Shown in pieces: positions 45,904 to 51,421 of a stretch of 51,421 bases of DNA. The position numbers and the translations under genes are program-made. Numbering within the stretch: position 1 is the first letter of the stretch; each line of letters starts with the position of its first letter. Source of the DNA: a virus (taxonomy: Duplodnaviria; Caudoviricetes); IMG/VR virus record IMGVR_UViG_3300042994_000002, positions 1 to 51,421 of that record; one strand, given 5' to 3'. The notes under the pieces were generated by a model. That model did not search any database. It saw only the letters and a program-made list of their open reading frames with translations, and was not told the origin of the DNA.

Positions 45904-47109
45904 ATGATAAATAAGATTCTAGGGATAAACAGCGGGGAATCCGTAAGCGACGTGATTGGACGGCACCGCGGCATTGGCCCGGGCTTTGACGCTCTTCGCC
46001 TTCTCCTCGCATTCTACATTTTCTACGGGCACACGCTGTGGATCGCCGGCGGTGCGGACGCCATGGGTGTCGCCGCAACAGCAGCAACCACGGCCACGAC
46101 GGCCGCCGCTGGTGTCGTCGAGCACGGCACCGCTGGCTTCACTGGCTGGACGCGGCCCTTCCATGTCGCCGCTGTTCCTGTCTTCTTTGCGCTGAGCGGC
46201 TTTCTGGTCTGCGGCAGCGCTGAACGACTTCGCGTCGTGCGGACCTTCCTCGGCTTCCGCTTCCTCCGCATCTTCCCCGCTCTGTCCGTCGAGGTAGCGC
46301 TCTCCGCGCTCCTGCTGGGGCCTCTGCTGACCAACCTCCCCCTGTCGCAGTATTTCACCGACTACCACTTCTTCCGGTATTTCGGGAACATCCCAGGCTT
46401 CGTCACTTTCGAGCTGCCGGGTGTCTTCACGGAGAACCCCGTGAAGGGAACGGTGAACGCCAACCTGTGGACGCTCCCTTCCGAGTTCTATTGCTATCTG
46501 GTGACCTCCGCGCTCATGGCGCTCGGCCTGTTCTTCAACAGGACCGTCTACCTGGGGATCTTGGCCGTCACGACCGTCGTGCTCATCTTTATGAGCCTCT
46601 TCAGCGGTTTCGGCGTCACCGCGGCAGTCCCTTCTCCCTTCCTCATCACCTACTACTTTTTCGTGGGCGTGGCCTTCTTCCAGTGGCGCGAAAAGATCCC
46701 GGTTGACTGGCGGATCTTCCTCGCCTGCGCGGTCATTGGCTTCGGTCTGCTGATGAAAAAGGAACTTGTGTTCCTGGCGCCGATCTTCGTCACCTACTGC
46801 ACGGTGTTCTTCGGCATGGTGCAGATCCCGAAGATCCCGGTCCTGCAGAACGGCGATTATTCCTATGGGATCTATCTGTACGGCTTCCCGATCGCGCAGG
46901 CCCTAGTTGCCATCATGCCGTTGACCTTCATCGGCCATGGATGGCTTTTGCTGGCAGTGGCTACTCTGCTGACGTTGATCTTCTCGATGCTCTCCTGGCA
47001 CTACATCGAGAAGCCGACGCTTGATCTCAAGAAGAAGCTGCCTCCGCGGTTCTTCCCGGTCCCCGCAAAGGTGATCCCGCAGACACCGGAGGTTCGCGTC
47101 AACGCGTGA
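45904..47109 (+). CDS. Acyltransferase-3 (OafA/ExoZ-like membrane O-acyltransferase)
   Basis: FDALR..LA...GH, VPVFFALSGFLV, RFLRIFP, LWTLPSEF, DYSYGIYLY, SWHYIEKP. Confidence 0.93.
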   Translation: MINKILGINSGESVSDVIGRHRGIGPGFDALRLLLAFYIFYGHTLWIAGGADAMGVAATAATTATTAAAGVVEHGTAGFTGWTRPFHVAAVPVFFALSGFLVCGSAERLRVVRTFLGFRFLRIFPALSVEVALSALLLGPLLTNLPLSQYFTDYHFFRYFGNIPGFVTFELPGVFTENPVKGTVNANLWTLPSEFYCYLVTSALMALGLFFNRTVYLGILAVTTVVLIFMSLFSGFGVTAAVPSPFLITYYFFVGVAFFQWREKIPVDWRIFLACAVIGFGLLMKKELVFLAPIFVTYCTVFFGMVQIPKIPVLQNGDYSYGIYLYGFPIAQALVAIMPLTFIGHGWLLLAVATLLTLIFSMLSWHYIEKPTLDLKKKLPPRFFPVPAKVIPQTPEVRVNA

Positions 47110-47129
47110 ATTAAGGCCAGCGCCTGCGA

Positions 47130-47447
47130 TCAGTGGGCGCTGGCAGTTCGTACGGCTCGGCGGACAGCTGCAACAAGGCGCTGCAATATACTGGCTTTCA
47201 CGGGCACGGGGAGGCCTAGAGCGGTGCAGCCACGCGGAGTTAAGGTATAGCCCTCGGCATAATCGAAACCGCCGCCTTCCTCACTGATCCAGATGAGGCC
47301 TAGATCCTCACATTCAGTCCTGATTGCCCGGAACTCTGGATCAACCGGATAGCAGACGTACTTCTCCTCGGATGATGCGACCTCTCGAAGGAAGTCGAGG
47401 ATCTCTTTCCTATACACGGCGGGTATCCTTCCGGCTCGCGGCTTCAT
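47130..47447 (-). CDS. Hypothetical protein (winged-helix-like)
   Basis: ECEDLGLI...YTLTPRG; fills the gap between AT3 and Wzy. Confidence 0.55.
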   Translation of the reverse strand: MKPRAGRIPAVYRKEILDFLREVASSEEKYVCYPVDPEFRAIRTECEDLGLIWISEEGGGFDYAEGYTLTPRGCTALGLPVPVKASILQRLVAAVRRAVRTASAH

Positions 47448-47509
47448 TGAAATTGCATTTCAAGACCATTTCTGGGAGAAAGCAAGTCCTTCACTCGGTG
47501 GGAGCGGTA

Positions 47510-48769
47510 ATGACCCAGCTTGAAACACCTCGATCGACATTCATTCGTCCCATACCGAGGAAGCGCAAGCTCGTCATCAAGACCAGCACCGGCACCATGG
47601 CATTTGTGCTCTCGTTCATCGTGTCTCTCGTAGGCCTGATGAACGCCATCCTGGGGCCAATTGCTGCCGCAGTGATCTTCGGCATTGGGTTCATGAGCTT
47701 TATTGCCTTCCCGAACATGCTGATATCGAACCCGCGGTCAAAGTGGGTCGTGGGGATCGCTTCTCTGTCGTTCATTTCGCTGTTGTGGTCCGCCCATCCA
47801 GGCGTGACGGCCTATTATTCCACGCAGCTCTTTCTGACGATCATGGTCGGACTGACGCTGGCAAGCTTCCAGAACCCGACCCCTGTGCTGAAGGGGCTGT
47901 TCTACGCCCATTTGTTTTTCGCCATCATATCCCTGATTTTCGGGCAACACGTCCTCTGGGAGGACGGCCAGTACATCTTTGTTGGGCTCTCCAAGGCGAA
48001 GAACAACTATGGCGCCATGAACTTTTATGTGGCGCTGCTCGGCGTCTATGCCATCCACCAAGGACTGCGCGAGCGGCGGGCCGTCTTTGCTGGCCTCGGC
48101 CTTCTGTCTGTCCTGGTCGGGTTTGTGGGTATCGGGTATGCCAAAGCATCCGGATCGTTTGTCACGACTGTCCTGGGCATCCTTCTCTACCTCGCTCTGG
48201 TCGGGCTGACCCGCCTCCGAGCGAACAATCGCCTCACCCTCTTGCTCGTCGGAACGATCCTCGTCGGTATGATGGCGCTATTGCTCTCCACGATATGGGA
48301 GGAGCTGATGCGAGGCGTCCTGGATTATTTCGGTAAAGATCCCACACTGACCGGCCGTATCGATTTGTGGGACATCGCGGACCGGATCATAGAGCAGAAC
48401 TACTGGCTCGGTGTCGGCCATTTTGCGTTCTGGGTACAAGGAGACGCCTTGCCGGAGGCGATTTGGGCTCAGATGAACATCCTCTCCCGCAGCGGCTTCA
48501 ATTTCCACAACACCTACCGCGAGTTGATGATCCACTTCGGCATAATCGGCGTGATCCTCTACGGTGGCATTGTGGCGTTGCTGGCAGGCAAGCTGCTGAA
48601 GGCAGCACTATTCCGTCCGAGGCTGGAAACCATCGTACTTACGGTTATGACCGTCTCCACCTTCACTAAGCTTCCGTTCGAGGCTGTCTTGCCGTTGGCG
48701 CCAATGTCGCCTGGGACCATCTTCCTGATCACCGCTCTCGGACTGAGACCGGGCACTCGCCCAACCTGA
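47510..48769 (+). CDS. Wzy/O-antigen-ligase-family polysaccharide polymerase, ExoQ-like
   Basis: Multi-TM; GKDPTLTGR..LW, LGVG..AFWVQG, SRSGFNFHNTY resemble rhizobial ExoQ. Confidence 0.85.
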   Translation: MTQLETPRSTFIRPIPRKRKLVIKTSTGTMAFVLSFIVSLVGLMNAILGPIAAAVIFGIGFMSFIAFPNMLISNPRSKWVVGIASLSFISLLWSAHPGVTAYYSTQLFLTIMVGLTLASFQNPTPVLKGLFYAHLFFAIISLIFGQHVLWEDGQYIFVGLSKAKNNYGAMNFYVALLGVYAIHQGLRERRAVFAGLGLLSVLVGFVGIGYAKASGSFVTTVLGILLYLALVGLTRLRANNRLTLLLVGTILVGMMALLLSTIWEELMRGVLDYFGKDPTLTGRIDLWDIADRIIEQNYWLGVGHFAFWVQGDALPEAIWAQMNILSRSGFNFHNTYRELMIHFGIIGVILYGGIVALLAGKLLKAALFRPRLETIVLTVMTVSTFTKLPFEAVLPLAPMSPGTIFLITALGLRPGTRPT

Positions 48770-48842
48770 TCCAACCTTGCTCAATAGCTCGTTGCTGGTA
48801 CAAAGCCCTTCGGGAGCATCGGCACGAACAAGGAGCAGAAGC

Positions 48843-49568
48843 ATGAGCAGAGTAGCATTGGTCACAGGCGGCACGCGCGGTATCGGCGCGGCAATAGCTG
48901 TCGCGCTTAAGGAGGCTGGTTACAGAGTGGCTGCCAACTATGCGTTCGACGGGGAGAAGGCCAAGGCGTTCGAGGCAGAGACCGGAATTCCCGTCTACAA
49001 ATGGGACGTCTCCAGCTATGCGGCCTGCGCCGAGGGGATAGCGAGGGTAGAGGGGGATCTCGGCGCGATCGAAATCCTCGTGAACAATGCAGGCATCACG
49101 CGGGACGCCATGTTCCACAAGATGACACCGGATCAGTGGAACGAAGTGATCGGCACCAACCTCACGGGCCTCTTCAACATGACCCACCCCCTTTGGTCCG
49201 GCATGCGTGATCGTGGCTTTGGCCGTGTCATCAACATCTCCTCGATCAATGGCCAGAAGGGGCAGATGGGGCAGGCCAATTACTCGGCGGCCAAGGCCGG
49301 CGATCTGGGCTTCACCAAGGCGCTGGCACAGGAAGGCGCAGCCAAAGGCATCACGGTCAACGCCATCTGCCCTGGATATATCGGCACGGAGATGGTCCGA
49401 GCAATTCCAGAAAAGGTGCTGAACGAGCGCATCATTCCGCAGATCCCGGTCGGTCGTCTCGGGGAGCCGGAAGAGATCGCCCGCTGCGTGCTCTTCCTCG
49501 CGTCGGACGATGCCGGCTTCATTACCGGCTCGACGCTCTCCGCCAATGGCGGCCAGTTCTTCGTCTGA
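48843..49568 (+). CDS. phbB: Acetoacetyl-CoA reductase
   Basis: SDR: TGGTRGIG, NNAGITRDAMFHKM, SSINGQKGQMGQANYSAAK, SANGGQFF; recognisably rhizobial PhbB. Confidence 0.93.
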   Translation: MSRVALVTGGTRGIGAAIAVALKEAGYRVAANYAFDGEKAKAFEAETGIPVYKWDVSSYAACAEGIARVEGDLGAIEILVNNAGITRDAMFHKMTPDQWNEVIGTNLTGLFNMTHPLWSGMRDRGFGRVINISSINGQKGQMGQANYSAAKAGDLGFTKALAQEGAAKGITVNAICPGYIGTEMVRAIPEKVLNERIIPQIPVGRLGEPEEIARCVLFLASDDAGFITGSTLSANGGQFFV

Positions 49569-49868
49569 TCAGCCGTCAAGCGGGGGCGGGTCTCCATCCG
49601 CCTCCGCCTCATAGATCGCCCGCAGCTTTTCATAATTCGTTTCGATCTCACGGGCCGCCTCCCGCGGTTCCTTGCACAGGCCGGACAATTGCACCCGATC
49701 CCGCCTGTCTCCTCCCCACTGCATATGCCAGTACCAGCGCATGCCCTCAGCGGCGCGATGCTTGTAGAAGCGACCGATGATCTCCTCGCCGTCCATGCCG
49801 GTGAAGTCGTCTTCGGCGTCGGGCCACGTCTTGCGCCAGCGGTACTTCAGCTTGATCTCTTCTGTCAT
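49569..49868 (-). CDS. Hypothetical protein (YRWRKTW...WYW family)
   Basis: ORF convergent with phbB. Confidence 0.7.
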   Translation of the reverse strand: MTEEIKLKYRWRKTWPDAEDDFTGMDGEEIIGRFYKHRAAEGMRWYWHMQWGGDRRDRVQLSGLCKEPREAAREIETNYEKLRAIYEAEADGDPPPLDG

Positions 49869-50178
49869 GCGCCGGATGTAGGACTCCGAAGGTTGTTGAA
49901 AAGCCTGTGCACGGCCTGTGGATATCCTGTGCAGGAACCTTTTCTGGTTCGCATTGCATTCTAATTTTGTTGTCAGACGCGGCTCAAAATAGTTTCAGCT
50001 TAAAGCATTGTGCTCTGGAGGCGAAGCAGCTAGCTTCCGTCTCGCTCACCTTGGCGGATCGAGCATCAGTACAGAGTCAGCGTGACGGGTTCCTGCGGTT
50101 CTGTACGAGGCTTCGCCGGTTAATCCCTCATGCTGACTATGTGCTCGCATCGGTGCTTCTGTGCCGGTGGAGGATCTT

Positions 50179-50355
50179 ATGGACGACATCACGAAACATC
50201 AAATCGAGTGGCCGCAGCGAGAAATGCATCCAGCAGACGAGCAGGCACTGAAGAAATTGCTTTCCGACGACACGATGAGCTTCCTGGCTATCGTCGGTGC
50301 CGCTGGACTAGCGATCATCGCAACCTGTACCGTGGCTGCCTGGGTCTTTCTGTAA
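50179..50355 (+). CDS. Small membrane protein
   Basis: GGAGG RBS; C-terminal TM. Confidence 0.55.
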   Translation: MDDITKHQIEWPQREMHPADEQALKKLLSDDTMSFLAIVGAAGLAIIATCTVAAWVFL

Positions 50356-50367
50356 CTCACCTGCGCT

Positions 50368-50625
50368 TTAATCGCGAACGCCGATCTCAGCCTCTTCAGC
50401 CGCCTTGATCAAAGCGGCGCGAACGGCCTCTGGTGCCGCCTGGTCGTTCATGGCCTTCACGCACGTCTCTAGCGCCTGCTCAAACGCTTGGCCGTATTCA
50501 TCCTCCGGCCATCGATCCAGCAGCGTTTCCGCCGCCTCCTCAACCGTGTTGATGACGCGGTATTGCCCCAAGCCGTGAACGGCGAGTTGCACCGAGGGGA
50601 AAGAGCGGAGAGAGACCTTTTTCAT
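50368..50625 (-). CDS. DUF982-family protein
   Basis: V.EAAE.LLDRWP...A...C..A......VRAAL..AAEEA. Confidence 0.82.
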   Translation of the reverse strand: MKKVSLRSFPSVQLAVHGLGQYRVINTVEEAAETLLDRWPEDEYGQAFEQALETCVKAMNDQAAPEAVRAALIKAAEEAEIGVRD

Positions 50626-50723
50626 GGCAACGTCCTTACGCGAAACACGTTGGAGTCAACAGCGCGACGGACGATTCGTTCCTGCGCCCTGATGATGATC
50701 TGCAGTGTTTGGAGTAGCAGGCC

Positions 50724-51008
50724 ATGGAAACACGAGTTGAGGTTAAAGAAGGCCAACCAGTTGTAACAGACGGAGCCAATTCCCTACCGGTCCCACCGGG
50801 CTACAGGCTGTTGCGCGACTATGAGGCAAAGCAGGCCGAGCTGGACCACGACACGCTCTTTGAGATGTTGCTGGCTTTCCACGAGCTGCGGGACCTGGAT
50901 ATCGCTCAGGTGAACGAGATCGTAGACCGGACTCTAAACATCTACGATGAGAGGCAAAGGCAGGTTGAGGACATGCAGGGGCTTCAGGCCTTCAGCGGCC
51001 TCGGATGA
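50724..51008 (+). CDS. Hypothetical protein
   Basis: GGAG RBS; helical acidic protein. Confidence 0.55.
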   Translation: METRVEVKEGQPVVTDGANSLPVPPGYRLLRDYEAKQAELDHDTLFEMLLAFHELRDLDIAQVNEIVDRTLNIYDERQRQVEDMQGLQAFSGLG

Positions 51009-51051
51009 ACTGCTGGCTTGCAGGCGCGTTCTCTAGGCAAAGGAGAACCAG

Positions 51052-51258
51052 ATGGACATTGCCGAACCCCGTCACGCCGCAAATAACGATGATTACGTGC
51101 TGGAATGCCAGGAGGCGCTTGACCTTCCTCTAGCGGATTTTGTCGCCAAGGCGATAGAGGCCGGATGGGAGCCGAGGGCAGTCTATAAGGCTGTCGAGGA
51201 GCTGGCACGGATGCAGGCGCTGGCGTATGAAGAAGACCCCGATCCGGCCGGCGAATAG
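51052..51258 (+). CDS. Small hypothetical protein (ECQEAL...AGW family)
   Basis: AGGAG RBS; motif recurrent in rhizobial small proteins. Confidence 0.7.
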   Translation: MDIAEPRHAANNDDYVLECQEALDLPLADFVAKAIEAGWEPRAVYKAVEELARMQALAYEEDPDPAGE

Positions 51259-51272
51259 CACCGGCAGACGCG

Positions 51273-51333
51273 GTTTCCAATTCCCGTTCTGTTCACGGTT
51301 CGCGTCGGAGCGTCAATATATATTATTGGAAAC
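51273..51333. repeat. Putative integrase arm-type sites (2 copies)
   Basis: GTTTCCAAT 51273-51281; ATTGGAAAC 51325-51333. Confidence 0.68.
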
Positions 51334-51374
51334 CACTATACCGCGTTCGTGGGCCTTCTCGGGTGAAGTCGATT

Positions 51375-51421
<47 letters not shown>

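Noticed and set aside
51280-51301. Alphaproteobacterial LexA box (GTTC-N7-GTTC)
   Set aside because: Exact GTTC copies are spaced N1, N3 or N8; only a mismatched N7 match exists.

Overview
The whole window is one apparently complete temperate prophage of an alphaproteobacterium (Rhizobiaceae-like gene content). It is bounded by an identical 47-bp direct repeat (1-47 and 51375-51421) that is the 3' half of a tRNA-Lys(CTT). The layout is lambdoid/siphoviral. Left to right: tyrosine integrase and excisionase; a leftward early operon (HNH, RecT, RecE-like exonuclease); a cI/cro switch with triple operators on both sides; a rightward early region (RuvC-like, DNA methyltransferase, DnaB-like helicase, DnaA-C-domain protein, putative late regulator); terminase, head and tail genes; lysis genes (GH108 endolysin, overlapping spanins); and a right-end cargo block. 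The most striking theme is polysaccharide chemistry on both sides of the life cycle. Virion-module genes encode an SGNH esterase, an ExsH-like GH16 glycanase and a SASA-type esterase. The cargo block encodes an acyltransferase-3, an ExoQ-like Wzy polymerase and an orphan acetoacetyl-CoA reductase (PhbB). Together these suggest a candidate (3-hydroxybutyryl) surface-polysaccharide conversion system. Other oddities: a cadherin-like domain split across an in-frame TGA, a small HTH gene ending in palindromic iteron-like repeats inside the immunity region, a 34-aa copy of the helicase C-terminus, and several antisense morons, one AbiJ/HEPN-like. All family assignments come from motif recognition by eye; no database searches were run.
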